The notes beneath the pieces are model-generated. The model made no database searches. It was given only the letters and a program-made list of their open reading frames with translations, and was not told the DNA's origin. A stretch of 64,000 nucleotides of DNA from Clostridiales bacterium. Lineage in GTDB: Bacteria > Bacillota > Clostridia > Christensenellales > Aristaeellaceae. Shown piece by piece: positions 17,792-26,525 of the stretch (the stretch's first letter is position 1; each line of letters begins with the position of its first letter). A program made the position numbers and the translations under genes. Where the stretch lies: positions 192,425-256,424 of the forward strand of contig JALFVL010000004.1 of NCBI GenBank assembly GCA_022787165.1, in the 5' to 3' direction.

Positions 17792-18835
17792 TCAGTTTCC
17801 CACATTCTGTGTCTGCCCGTCCTCCGGGGCTTCCCCTGCCCTGCCCGCTTGCTTTCCCTCCCGCTCGTCGTTGAAGACAAGGTTGGAAAGGATCGATTCC
17901 ATCCGCGCATCGGGATAATGCTCGTCAAAGTAAACCTCCGCCGCGTTGCGCGCGGGCAAGCCCTGCCTGCGCTCCATCCATCGCAGCGTCGTCAGCCCCG
18001 TCATCACCGTGTTGAAGAGCATGAATGCCGCCAGCACGAACGTCAGCGGCTTGCCGACCCTGTTGGGGATTTTCAGGATGCCCTTCGCCATGCGCGGATA
18101 CAGATCCTTGATCCACAGCACGCCCAGAATCCCCCAGTACACGGAATAAAGCAGGCAGATGCGCCCGTTCAGGTTAAGCGGCTGATTCGAATAATCCCAC
18201 GAGACGGAGCCAAAGACCATCTCCTGAAACCAGGAGCAGGCATACTCGACCGCGCTGCCCACCAGCGCGCCGCCCAGGAAGGAGAAAATCTTGCTCCTGT
18301 TGCGGAACGGATAGAGCGCCAGCGTCAGCGCCCACGCGCCGATGCCGTAGACGAGGTTGAAGGGCCCGTAGATGAGGCCGACCCGCGGCTCATACAGACC
18401 GTATCGGACGAAGCACCAGGTCCGCTCAACGACCACGCCCAGAAAGCAGCCGATGAAGAACACCCAGAAGAGCTTGTAAAACGACTTGCCCTGCGCGAAA
18501 TGACGCGTCCGCTTCTCCGCGCTGTCGATCTGCGCGTTCGTCGGCGCGGGCGGCAGCAGATGGAAACGCCGCCGGCTGACACGCTCGTATTCCTTAAACC
18601 GCGTCTCAATTTCGTCTACGAACGTCGCCTCCTCGGCCAGATAGCCGATCATCTGGTTCTGCTCGTGCTTGAGCGTCCTGATCCGTTCACGGACGGCCTC
18701 CCGGATTTCAGCCTGCTGCTGCGCGTCAAGCTCCCCCGATTCGAGCGCATCCAGTTGGGCAAAGACCTCCTGTCTAACCTGCTGCGCGCGGCTCTTCCAG
18801 ACCGCAGGCGTCAGCGTTTCCTGTTGTTTGGCCAT
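17792..18835 (-). CDS. Membrane protein of the putative ABC-transporter type IV (CmpB/DUF1113-like) family with a charged N-terminal extension
   Basis: ORF trimmed to ATG 18835 (GGGGGAG RBS). Core FYKLFWVFFIGCFLGVVVE...GLIYGPFNLVYG...SWDYS. The ~140 aa N-terminus is rich in E/Q/R. Confidence 0.7.
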   Translation of the reverse strand: MAKQQETLTPAVWKSRAQQVRQEVFAQLDALESGELDAQQQAEIREAVRERIRTLKHEQNQMIGYLAEEATFVDEIETRFKEYERVSRRRFHLLPPAPTNAQIDSAEKRTRHFAQGKSFYKLFWVFFIGCFLGVVVERTWCFVRYGLYEPRVGLIYGPFNLVYGIGAWALTLALYPFRNRSKIFSFLGGALVGSAVEYACSWFQEMVFGSVSWDYSNQPLNLNGRICLLYSVYWGILGVLWIKDLYPRMAKGILKIPNRVGKPLTFVLAAFMLFNTVMTGLTTLRWMERRQGLPARNAAEVYFDEHYPDARMESILSNLVFNDEREGKQAGRAGEAPEDGQTQNVGN

Positions 18836-18986
18836 GTTTGCTCCCCCTTCGCATGCTCCTCTCCCTTCGGCGGAATCAGCCTCGGGAAAATGGAGTCGGA
18901 TGTAGAATCCTATATGGACAGAATTTTTCCTGCATGCCGCGCTTCCCGGACGGCGCACTCATTTTTTATGTGTTCTTCCTTCTGCC

Positions 18987-19028
18987 GCAAAATGGAAAAC
19001 GCCCTGCGCCGGACTGACCGGGCAGGGC
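18987..19028 (-). terminator. Intrinsic terminator after the LOR/SDH-like gene
   Basis: Minus strand GCCCTGCCCGG-TCAGT-CCGGCGCAGGGC followed by GTTTTCCATTTTG. Confidence 0.7.
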
Positions 19029-19038
19029 TGACCGCCTT

Positions 19039-20178
19039 TCAGGCGTGATCCGTCTGCGTCCCTTCCTCTGCCTTTCGCCGTTCATCGAGCTGGCGCACGC
19101 CCTTGGCGACGTGCACAATGAAATCCTGCACATTGGTGACAAAGGAGATCGAGCTCAGGCTGCCGCGGTCGCGCAGCTTGTTGACAACAAACTCGGAGAT
19201 GTCGACCGTATACAGATACAGCGGGCGCACGACGCCGCCAACGACGCGGAAGGAGGGCGTCATGTTGCCGGTCGCGATGGTGTGCAGCTGCGTCGCCAGA
19301 CAGATGACCGTCGTCGCCCTGCGCACGAGGTTGCGCATCGCGGCCTGGCCCGCATAGGCGTCGCCGATGACCTCCGGCAACGGGCCGTCGTCGCGTATGG
19401 AGCCCGTGAGCACAAACGGCACATTTTTCTTCACCAGGCCGTACATGATGCCGTCCCGGATGCCGTATTCCTCGATGAATTTCGGAATCGAGCCGCTCCT
19501 GCGCACCTTGTTGATCACGTCGAGGTGGTTGTAGTGGCCGTTATGCCGCAGCTCCTGCGTGTAGATATCCTGGCCCAGCGCCGTGCGCAGCAGGCCGGCC
19601 TCCAGATCATGCGTCGCCAGCGCGTTGCCCGCCAGCACGCCGTTTACAAACCCGTTTTCGATCAGCCACTGCATCGCGCTGCGCGCGTCCGCGTCAAAGG
19701 CAAACGCCGGCCCCATGACGAAGAGCACATTCCCGTGCTCGCGCTCGTGCAGCAGCAGCTGGTAGAGAAAGTCATAGTCGCGGGAAAACGCCGTCTCCCG
19801 GGAGCGCCCGCTGCGGAAGGCAAACATGTCGGCGCTGCCGCTCTCCGCCTGCGCAAAGCCGTCGGCATGCAGAAAGATGCCCTCCTCGCCGCTGTCCGTC
19901 CGCCCGAGGATCACCCGCTCGCCGCGCCGCAGGTTGCGCAGCTCAACGACGTCAAGCCGCCCGTCCTCCCGCAGAACGACCGCGCTGTCCATCCGGCTCT
20001 CCTCCGCCAGACGCCAGTGCCCATCAACCTTGAAATACTCCGGATACATCGACGTGCTGTGGTAGCCCTCCGGCGCAACGCCGTCAAGCTCCACCTCCGC
20101 CAGGCGCGCATCCGGCGCCTGCGCAAAGCGAGGCTGAGAAAAATCCGGCGCGTGATAGGTTCTGAGTGAAAAGCTCAT
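19039..20178 (-). CDS. LOR/SDH-conserved-region (TIGR00300-like) protein, possible ornithine cyclodeaminase-type enzyme
   Basis: ORF 19039..20316 trimmed to ATG 20178 (GGAGG RBS), because the track ORF runs through the tRNA. Motifs GNALATHD, HNGHYNHL, GSIRDDGPLPEV. The functional call is tentative. Confidence 0.6.
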   Translation of the reverse strand: MSFSLRTYHAPDFSQPRFAQAPDARLAEVELDGVAPEGYHSTSMYPEYFKVDGHWRLAEESRMDSAVVLREDGRLDVVELRNLRRGERVILGRTDSGEEGIFLHADGFAQAESGSADMFAFRSGRSRETAFSRDYDFLYQLLLHEREHGNVLFVMGPAFAFDADARSAMQWLIENGFVNGVLAGNALATHDLEAGLLRTALGQDIYTQELRHNGHYNHLDVINKVRRSGSIPKFIEEYGIRDGIMYGLVKKNVPFVLTGSIRDDGPLPEVIGDAYAGQAAMRNLVRRATTVICLATQLHTIATGNMTPSFRVVGGVVRPLYLYTVDISEFVVNKLRDRGSLSSISFVTNVQDFIVHVAKGVRQLDERRKAEEGTQTDHA

Positions 20179-20220
20179 CCAAATCCTCCGTTCTCTCCTT
20201 GGGTGGTCAGCGGAACCTAT

Positions 20221-20250
20221 AAAAAAGACGCCGAAAACCTTCCGACGTCT
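20221..20250 (-). terminator. Intrinsic terminator after tRNA-Gly
   Basis: Minus strand AGACGTCGGAAGG-TTTTCGGCGTCT imperfect hairpin followed by TTTTTAT. Confidence 0.6.
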
Positions 20251-20255
20251 TGACA

Positions 20256-20330
20256 TGGAGCGGTAGACGAGATTCGGACTCGCGACATCCACCTTGGCAA
20301 GGTGGCACTCTACCACTGAGCTACTACCGC
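20256..20330 (-). tRNA. tRNA-Gly (anticodon GCC), CCA encoded
   Basis: GCGGTAGTAGCTCAGTGGTAGAGTGCCACCTTGCCAAGGTGGATGTCGCGAGTCCGAATCTCGTCTACCGCTCCA folds as a cloverleaf: 7-bp acceptor, anticodon loop TTGCCAA. The T-loop reads TCCGAAT, so position 55 is C rather than U. Confidence 0.92.
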
Positions 20331-20350
20331 ATCGCTCATCAGCGAGTTAT

Positions 20351-20379
20351 ATATTACCACACAATACACCCACTGTCAA
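20351..20379 (-). promoter_or_regulatory. sigma-A-type promoter of tRNA-Gly
   Basis: Minus strand TTGACA, 17 nt spacer, TAATAT, about 20 nt before the tRNA 5' end. Confidence 0.7.
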
Positions 20380-20402
20380 GCGTTTTTTTAAAATTGCATT
20401 AT

Positions 20403-21002
20403 TTACATTTCCCGGCGGCCTTCCATCGCCTTGGCCAGGGTCACCTCGTCGGTGTATTCCAGGTCACCACCCACAGGCAGGCCGTGCGCAATGCGCGTGA
20501 CGAGGATACCCATCGGCTTGAGCAGCCGCGCGATATAGGCCGCCGTCGCCTCGCCCTCGATATCGGGGTTGGTCGCCAGAATGACCTCATGGATGTCCTC
20601 CCTGCCCACGCGCTCGAGCAGCTCGCGGATGCGGATATCCTCCGGGCCGATGCCCTCCATCGGGGAAATCGTGCCATGCAGCACATGATAGGTGCCCTTA
20701 AAGTCGCGCATGCGCTCCATCGCCGCGACGTCGCGCGGATCGCGCACGACGCAGAGCACGCCGTTGTGCCGCTTTTCATCCGCGCAGATTGGGCAGGGAT
20801 CCTCTACCGTGTAATTGCCGCAGACGGAGCAGTATTTGACCGCCTTGCGGCCCTGCCAGATGGCCGCCGCCAGCTCATGTACCTGATCCTCCGGCAGCGA
20901 GACGATGTAATACGCCAGCCGCTGCGCGGACTTCGCGCCGATGCCCGGCAGGCGGGAAAGCTGCTGCGCCATGCGCGCAATCGGTTCAATCTGCCCCGCC
21001 AT
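20403..21002 (-). CDS. recR: Recombination protein RecR
   Basis: HhH ([13 protein letters not shown]), C4 zinc finger ([16 protein letters not shown]), Toprim (VVRDPRDV...[12 protein letters not shown]). Confidence 0.97.
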   Translation of the reverse strand: MAGQIEPIARMAQQLSRLPGIGAKSAQRLAYYIVSLPEDQVHELAAAIWQGRKAVKYCSVCGNYTVEDPCPICADEKRHNGVLCVVRDPRDVAAMERMRDFKGTYHVLHGTISPMEGIGPEDIRIRELLERVGREDIHEVILATNPDIEGEATAAYIARLLKPMGILVTRIAHGLPVGGDLEYTDEVTLAKAMEGRREM

Positions 21003-21004
21003 CG

Positions 21005-21346
21005 TCAGAACAGGCCGCCCATGCCGGCCGCGCCGCCGATCTTCGCCATCTCGCTCTCGCGCGTTTCCTCGCCCTTGCGCAGGGCGTCGTTGACCGCTGC
21101 GACGATCATATCCTGGAGCATCTCAACCTCCTCGGGATCGACCGCGTCCTTGTCAATCGTCAGGCTCAGGAGCTGGCGCTTGCCGCTGAGCGTGCAGGTG
21201 ACAGCGCCGCCGCCCGCCGTGCCCTCGTACTCGCGCGCATCGAGATCCTGCTGGGCCTGAATCATCTGCTGCTGCATCTTCTGCGCCTGACGCATGAGTT
21301 GCTGCATATTGCCGCCCGGAATACCGGGAAAACCGCCTCTGGCCAT
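21005..21346 (-). CDS. ybaB: Nucleoid-associated protein YbaB/EbfC
   Basis: ORF trimmed to ATG 21346. [16 protein letters not shown]...[40 protein letters not shown]. Immediately upstream of recR. Confidence 0.93.
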   Translation of the reverse strand: MARGGFPGIPGGNMQQLMRQAQKMQQQMIQAQQDLDAREYEGTAGGGAVTCTLSGKRQLLSLTIDKDAVDPEEVEMLQDMIVAAVNDALRKGEETRESEMAKIGGAAGMGGLF

Positions 21347-21469
21347 AAATGGGTACCTCCTCAAAAACCTTCTTCTCTTCGCCCGAGGCGAAGCCGTTAT
21401 CGTTGATTATACACCATCTGCGCGGAATTGAAAAGAGCGAATTTACCGGGCGGGTCAGGCGCGGATTTC

Positions 21470-22822
21470 TCAGACATTCACATGGTGTGCGCGGGTCATC
21501 AGCGTCCGGCGACACTTGAAATACGCCGGCACAAGGAACACATCCGCGAAAACCCAGGCCAGCGGGCCACCCAATGCCGCGCCGGGGAAGCCCCATACGG
21601 GGACGAGCAGCAGGCCCGCCGCGCTGCGCGCGAACATCTCCATCACGCCCGCGAGAATCGCGAACGCGGAAAAGCCCATGCCCTGAATCATGAAGCGGAC
21701 GACGTTGACCAGCGTCAGCATCGGATAGAAGATGACGTTGATGACCATATACTGCTGCGCCAGGTCGATCAGCGCCGCGCTGCCCTCCCCGGTGACAAAG
21801 AGGCGCGTGAGATTCGGCCCGAAACACCAGGCGATCAGAAAAGCGGCCACGGAGTAGACAAAGCCCATTGCCGATGCGGCAAACAGGCCCCTGTTCAGCC
21901 TGTCGTAGCGGCTTGCGCCGACATTCTGCGCGCCATAAGTTGCCATCGTCGAGCCCAGCGCGTCAAACGGACAGGCGAGGAAGCCGAGCACCTTGCCGCC
22001 CGCCGTCGCCGCCGCGACCGCCAGCGAGCCCAGCGAATTGACGGCAACCTGCAAAATGACACTGCCAATGGCCGTGATCGAGTATTGCAGGCCCATCGGC
22101 ACACCGTAGGCGCAAAGCTCCCTGATGCGCTTTGAGCGCAGGCGCCATTCGTCGCGCGAGATGTGCAGAATCGGGAATTTGAGCGCGATCCACACAAGGC
22201 AGAGCAGACCGGAAATCGCCTGGCTGATGACCGTCGCCAGCGAAGCGCCCAACACGCCGAGCCGGAAGATCAGAATTAACGCCAGATCAAGCCCCACGTT
22301 GAGCACGGAGGAGAGAATCAGGAAGAACAGCGGCGTTTTGCTGTCGCCCAGCGAGCGCAGGAAGCCGGAGAGCAGATTGTACAGAATCGTGAAGGGAATG
22401 CCGGCGAAGATCACGACGATGTAGCGATAAGCCTCCTCGAAGCAATCCTCCGGTGTATGCATCGCCGTCAGAATATCCCGGCAGTAGGCGACCGTCAGCA
22501 CCGTGATCACCGTTGCAAAGAGCGCGGAGACCCAGACGCCGTTGGCGACAAACTCGCGCATGCGGCTTTCCTCCTTCGCGCCAAAGCGCTGCGCGACAGG
22601 AATCGCAAAGCCGGAGCAGACGCCCATGCAAAAGCCCAGCACGAGGAAATTGATGGAGCCGGTCGCGCCTACGCCAGCCAGAGCGGTCACGCCCAGAAAG
22701 CGCCCGACGATCATCGTATCCACAAAGTTGTACAGCTGCTGAAAGAGCATGCCTGCCAGCAGCGGCACTGCAAAGCCGAGGATGAGCCGAACCGGCGATC
22801 CCTGCGTCAAATCCTTGGTCAT
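21470..22822 (-). CDS. MATE-family efflux transporter
   Basis: 450 aa, 12-TM pattern. N-terminal LTQGSPVRLILGFAVPLLAGMLFQQLYNFVDTMIVGRFLG is typical of MATE/NorM. Confidence 0.9.
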   Translation of the reverse strand: MTKDLTQGSPVRLILGFAVPLLAGMLFQQLYNFVDTMIVGRFLGVTALAGVGATGSINFLVLGFCMGVCSGFAIPVAQRFGAKEESRMREFVANGVWVSALFATVITVLTVAYCRDILTAMHTPEDCFEEAYRYIVVIFAGIPFTILYNLLSGFLRSLGDSKTPLFFLILSSVLNVGLDLALILIFRLGVLGASLATVISQAISGLLCLVWIALKFPILHISRDEWRLRSKRIRELCAYGVPMGLQYSITAIGSVILQVAVNSLGSLAVAAATAGGKVLGFLACPFDALGSTMATYGAQNVGASRYDRLNRGLFAASAMGFVYSVAAFLIAWCFGPNLTRLFVTGEGSAALIDLAQQYMVINVIFYPMLTLVNVVRFMIQGMGFSAFAILAGVMEMFARSAAGLLLVPVWGFPGAALGGPLAWVFADVFLVPAYFKCRRTLMTRAHHVNV

Positions 22823-22863
22823 GTTATCCCCCTGCCCGGAGCCGGGCTATTGAAATCAGCGGT

Positions 22864-22892
22864 ATTATACCCACTTCCCCTCCGATTTGCAA
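22864..22892 (-). promoter_or_regulatory. sigma-A-type promoter of the MATE gene
   Basis: Minus strand TTGCAA, 17 nt spacer, TATAAT. Confidence 0.6.
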
Positions 22893-22924
22893 GATGCAAG
22901 AATCACCAGCAACCGCACGGTCTC

Positions 22925-22964
22925 TGGCACAAAAATGCACAAAAGGCGGGCCCGAAGGCCCGCC
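22925..22964 (-). terminator. Intrinsic terminator closing the Mo-hydroxylase/mocA operon
   Basis: Minus strand GGCGGGCC-TTCG-GGCCCGCC followed by TTTTGTGCATTTTTGTG. Confidence 0.8.
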
Positions 22965-23094
22965 GCATTCTGTTGACATAAGCAGGTGTTTGTTTCTTGA
23001 TTCTTTTCTTCAGGGCATGGTTGAATGGCTTCTCCCCCCTTCGGGGAGAGAAGCCCCTTATGTCGACGGTCAGAGGCGGACCCGAAGGCCTGCC
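22945..23094. repeat. Nested palindromic hairpin cluster (two near-identical 20-nt hairpins flanking an 11-bp inverted repeat and a third hairpin)
   Basis: GGCGGGCCCGAAGGCCCGCC (22945-22964) and GGCGGACCCGAAGGCCTGCC (23075-23094). Inverted repeat GTTGACATAAG (22972-22982) / CTTATGTCGAC (23057-23067). Inner hairpin GGCTTCTCCCC-CCTTC-GGGGAGAGAAGCC (23027-23055). Confidence 0.7.
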
Positions 23095-23126
23095 GCCGTT
23101 TGCCGGCATCTGTCCGGTTTTCCCTT

Positions 23127-23714
23127 CTATGGCTCTTGCAGAAGCGCCCGCAGCGCCTGCGGGTCGTCCGCGTCCGCAAGCTCGCCGGGCAGCGCGCAGC
23201 ACACCACGCGCAGCGCATCCTCATGCGCGCGCAGCACGGCCTTCGCGCCGCGGTCGCCGCGCAGCGCGAGCAGCTCCTCAAAGTATATGCTCGCGAAAAT
23301 CGCCGGATTGCCGCTGTGCGTCTCGTCTGCCAGACAGGCGATTGTCCTCGTTCCCTCCCGGAACGCGCCCACCAGTGCCCGCATCGAGGCTTCCGTCAGC
23401 CGGGGCTGGTCGGCTGCGGCCAGCAGCACGGCATCGCAGCCGCGAGCGCGCGCCGCCTGCACGCCAAGCGCAATGGAGCGTGAAAGCCCCTCCTGCGGCG
23501 CCTTGTTGCATACGGCAAGGAGCCCCTTTTCACGGGCGATTTCCGCAGTTCTTTCCGTCGAGACGACCGCGAAAAAGACGTCCGCATCCGACGCGCGAAG
23601 CGTCCTGATCGCGCGCGAGAGCATCGGCTCTCCCTGCACATCGGCAAGGAGCTTGTCCTCCTCCCCGAAGCGCCGGCTCAGCCCCGCCGCCAGCAGCACC
23701 GCGCCCAGCCGCAT
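23127..23714 (-). CDS. MobA/MocA-like molybdenum cofactor nucleotidyltransferase
   Basis: ORF trimmed to ATG 23714, one nt after the upstream stop. LGAVLLAAGLSRRFG..DKLL N-terminal nucleotide-binding motif. Confidence 0.8.
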   Translation of the reverse strand: MRLGAVLLAAGLSRRFGEEDKLLADVQGEPMLSRAIRTLRASDADVFFAVVSTERTAEIAREKGLLAVCNKAPQEGLSRSIALGVQAARARGCDAVLLAAADQPRLTEASMRALVGAFREGTRTIACLADETHSGNPAIFASIYFEELLALRGDRGAKAVLRAHEDALRVVCCALPGELADADDPQALRALLQEP

Positions 23715-23715
23715 G

Positions 23716-26052
23716 TCACGCCTCACGCTCGCCGGGACGCCTGTGCGCAGGACAAAAGTCCGGGTGCAGCAGGAGCTTTTCCGCCGTGACCGGCAAATCG
23801 CGAATCCGAACGCCGCAGGCGTTGTATACGGCGTCCGCAATCGCCGGAGCAGGCGTGTTGATCACACATTCCCCGATGGATTTCGCGCCATAGGGGCCGC
23901 TGGGCTCGTAGCTCGGCTCAAACGCCACGCGAACCTGCCGCGCATCCATACGCGAGGGAATCCTGTACTGCATCAGGGAATTGGTAACCGTCCGGCCCCG
24001 CGCATCCATCTGCGGATTTTCCATCAGCGCCATGCCGATGCCCTGCATGAGTCCGCCTTCGATCTGGATGCGCGCCAGATTCGGATTGATGACCGTGCCG
24101 CAGTCGACGACGCCCACATAGTCCACCACCTTCACCTCGCCCGTCATCGGATCAAGGTCGACCTCCGCGCAGCCGGCCATAAACGGCGGCGGCGAGGTTT
24201 GGGAGCCGTGGGAGACACAGGCGGAGAGATCCTCAAAGCCCGCGGTCATGTGCGCGTTGGCGATCTGCGTCAGCGTGACGCTTCCCTCGCCCTCTGCGCG
24301 GCGCACATGGTCGCCCTCAAAGAGCACCTCCTCCGGTGCGCAATCAAGCAGCTTCGCGCCCACGCGGATGATCTTCTCCCGCAGCTGCGCGCAGGTCTTG
24401 ACGACCGCCATGCCGGTGATGTAGGTCGTGCTTGAGGCGTAGGAGCCGCTGTCGTAGGGCGAAATATCCGTGTCTACGCCGTGAACGGTGATATTCTCCA
24501 CTGGGCATTCCAGACTCTGCGCGGCGATCTGCGCGAGAATCGTATCGCAGCCCGTTCCCATGTCCGTTGCGCCGACGGCCATATTGTAGATACCCTCGTC
24601 ACCCAGGCGAATGGAGACCGCGCCCGTGTCGACCCCGGCGATGCCGGAGCCCTGCATGGCCAACGCCATGCCCAGACCGCGAACATGCCCATTGGGCAGC
24701 GTGTAGGCGGGATATTTTTCTTCCCATCCGATCATCTGCCGGGCGCGCGCGAGGCAGCGGTCGATCGCGCAGCTCGAGGCCGTCTCCCCGTAATAGGCCG
24801 GCATGACCTCGCCCTCGCGCACCATGCTGTGCTCACGCAGCGCAATCGGGTCCATGTGAAGCGCATGAGCCAGCTCGTTGACCGCCGATTCGACCGCGAA
24901 GAGCCCCTGTGTCGCGCCGTAGCCGCGGTACGCGCCCGCGCTCATCGTGTTCGTGTAGACGACGTCCCACGCAAAGCGGAACGCCTTCATCCGATGGGTA
25001 TAGAGCGGAATCGACTTGTGGCCGGAGAGGCCGACGGTCGTCGGGCCATGCTCGCCGTAGGCGCCGGAATTGGAGAGTGTATGCAGATCGATCGCGCGGA
25101 TGGTTCCATCCTTCATCGCGCCCAGGCGCACATGCATGATCATGGCGTGGCGCGGCGAGGAGATGGTCATGGACTCCTTCCGGGTGTAAACAAGCATCGC
25201 CGGCAGCCCCGTTTTGAGCGTCACAATCGCGGGATAGATCTCGCAGACGGCCGTCTGCTTCGCGCCGAAGCCGCCGCCGATGCGCGGCTTGACGACGCGC
25301 ACGCGGCTCTTGGCAATATCAAGCGCTGTCGCCACAATGCGGCGGACGTGGAAGGGAATCTGCGTCGAAGTGACGACCTTGAGCCTGCCGTAATTGTCCA
25401 TCTGCGTGAACGCGCGAAATGTCTCCATCATGCATTGCTGATTGGCGCGCGTCGTATAGACGCGGTCGATGACGATGTCGCTTTTTGCAAGCTCCGCCTC
25501 GACATCCCCGTCCGCCTCCATGCCGTGGGCGACGAGATTTCTGCGGTTGTCCGCGCCGCAGTCCGGCACGAGTGCGCGCCAGTCCGCCTCGGGATGCAGA
25601 ATGGTCTCGTTGTCCATCGCCTGCTCCGGGTCAAGCACGGCGGGCAGGATCTCATAGGTCACGCGGATGAGCCGCATGGCCGCCAGAGCCTGCCGCTCCG
25701 TCTGCGCCGCGACGATCGCAACCGGATCGCCGACACAGCGCAGATGCCGGTCGAGAATCAGCCTGTCGTAGGGGCTGAACTCCGGATAGGTCTGCCCCGC
25801 CAGCGTAAAGCGCCTGTTCGGCACATCCTCCCAGGTCAGCACGCAGGCGACACCCGGCAGCGCCCGGGCGCGGCTGACGTCGATCGAGGTGATCATCGCG
25901 TGCGCGTGTGGGCTGCGCAGCAGCTTGACGCACAGGCAGTCCCTGGGCGCGATATCCTCCGTATAGACGGGCTTGCCCGTCACCAGCGCCTGCGCATCCT
26001 TTTTGCGAACGGGCGCGCCGACCGCACGGGACACCCTTCTTTCTTCGTTCAT
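23716..26052 (-). CDS. Xanthine dehydrogenase/aldehyde oxidase-family molybdopterin-binding large subunit
   Basis: 778 aa. GKPVYTEDI, GGGFGAK, AYRGYGATQG, GAKSIGE motifs typical of molybdenum hydroxylases. Confidence 0.92.
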   Translation of the reverse strand: MNEERRVSRAVGAPVRKKDAQALVTGKPVYTEDIAPRDCLCVKLLRSPHAHAMITSIDVSRARALPGVACVLTWEDVPNRRFTLAGQTYPEFSPYDRLILDRHLRCVGDPVAIVAAQTERQALAAMRLIRVTYEILPAVLDPEQAMDNETILHPEADWRALVPDCGADNRRNLVAHGMEADGDVEAELAKSDIVIDRVYTTRANQQCMMETFRAFTQMDNYGRLKVVTSTQIPFHVRRIVATALDIAKSRVRVVKPRIGGGFGAKQTAVCEIYPAIVTLKTGLPAMLVYTRKESMTISSPRHAMIMHVRLGAMKDGTIRAIDLHTLSNSGAYGEHGPTTVGLSGHKSIPLYTHRMKAFRFAWDVVYTNTMSAGAYRGYGATQGLFAVESAVNELAHALHMDPIALREHSMVREGEVMPAYYGETASSCAIDRCLARARQMIGWEEKYPAYTLPNGHVRGLGMALAMQGSGIAGVDTGAVSIRLGDEGIYNMAVGATDMGTGCDTILAQIAAQSLECPVENITVHGVDTDISPYDSGSYASSTTYITGMAVVKTCAQLREKIIRVGAKLLDCAPEEVLFEGDHVRRAEGEGSVTLTQIANAHMTAGFEDLSACVSHGSQTSPPPFMAGCAEVDLDPMTGEVKVVDYVGVVDCGTVINPNLARIQIEGGLMQGIGMALMENPQMDARGRTVTNSLMQYRIPSRMDARQVRVAFEPSYEPSGPYGAKSIGECVINTPAPAIADAVYNACGVRIRDLPVTAEKLLLHPDFCPAHRRPGEREA

Positions 26053-26522
26053 CCGCGCACCTCCTCCCCTGCGGCAACCGCGTCCAGATACCGCCGGATT
26101 GCCCGCCGCTGGCTCATGTAGCCCGAGCAGCGGCAGAGATTGCCCGCCAGATAAGCGTCGATTTCCTCATCTGTCGCCCGGGGATTCTCCCTCGCCAGCG
26201 CCAGCACATTCATCATCAGCCCCGGCGCGCAGAAGCCGCACTGCTCCGCACCCTCGTCGGCCAGACAACCACCCAGCTCACGCGCCTCCTTTTGCAGCCC
26301 TTCCAGCGTCATGACGCTGCGGCCCTCAACGCGCGGCGCGGGTACGGCGCAGGAGAGCACGGCCCTGCCGTCCAGATGCACGGTGCACAGGCCGCAATTG
26401 GTCGTCTCGCAGCCGCATTTGACGCTCGTCATGTTGAGCGCGCGCAGGACGGCATACAGCGAATCATCCACCGCCGCGTCGACCTGAACGCGCTGCCCGT
26501 TCAGCGTAAAACAGATGTTCAT
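26049..26522 (-). CDS. (2Fe-2S)-binding small subunit of the molybdenum hydroxylase
   Basis: CGCETTNCGLCTV (plant-type cluster), and CGFCAPG plus CRCSGY (second cluster). 4-nt overlap with the large subunit. Confidence 0.93.
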   Translation of the reverse strand: MNICFTLNGQRVQVDAAVDDSLYAVLRALNMTSVKCGCETTNCGLCTVHLDGRAVLSCAVPAPRVEGRSVMTLEGLQKEARELGGCLADEGAEQCGFCAPGLMMNVLALARENPRATDEEIDAYLAGNLCRCSGYMSQRRAIRRYLDAVAAGEEVRG

Positions 26523-26525
26523 CGC

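Noticed and set aside
21153-21827. 224-aa minus-strand ORF bridging ybaB and the MATE gene
   Set aside because: It is out of frame with both real genes, Arg/Gly/Pro-rich, and crosses an intergenic promoter region.
24481-26121. 546-aa plus-strand ORF
   Set aside because: It is antisense to the conserved Mo-binding subunit. The composition is Arg/Ala/His-rich, which marks a shadow ORF.
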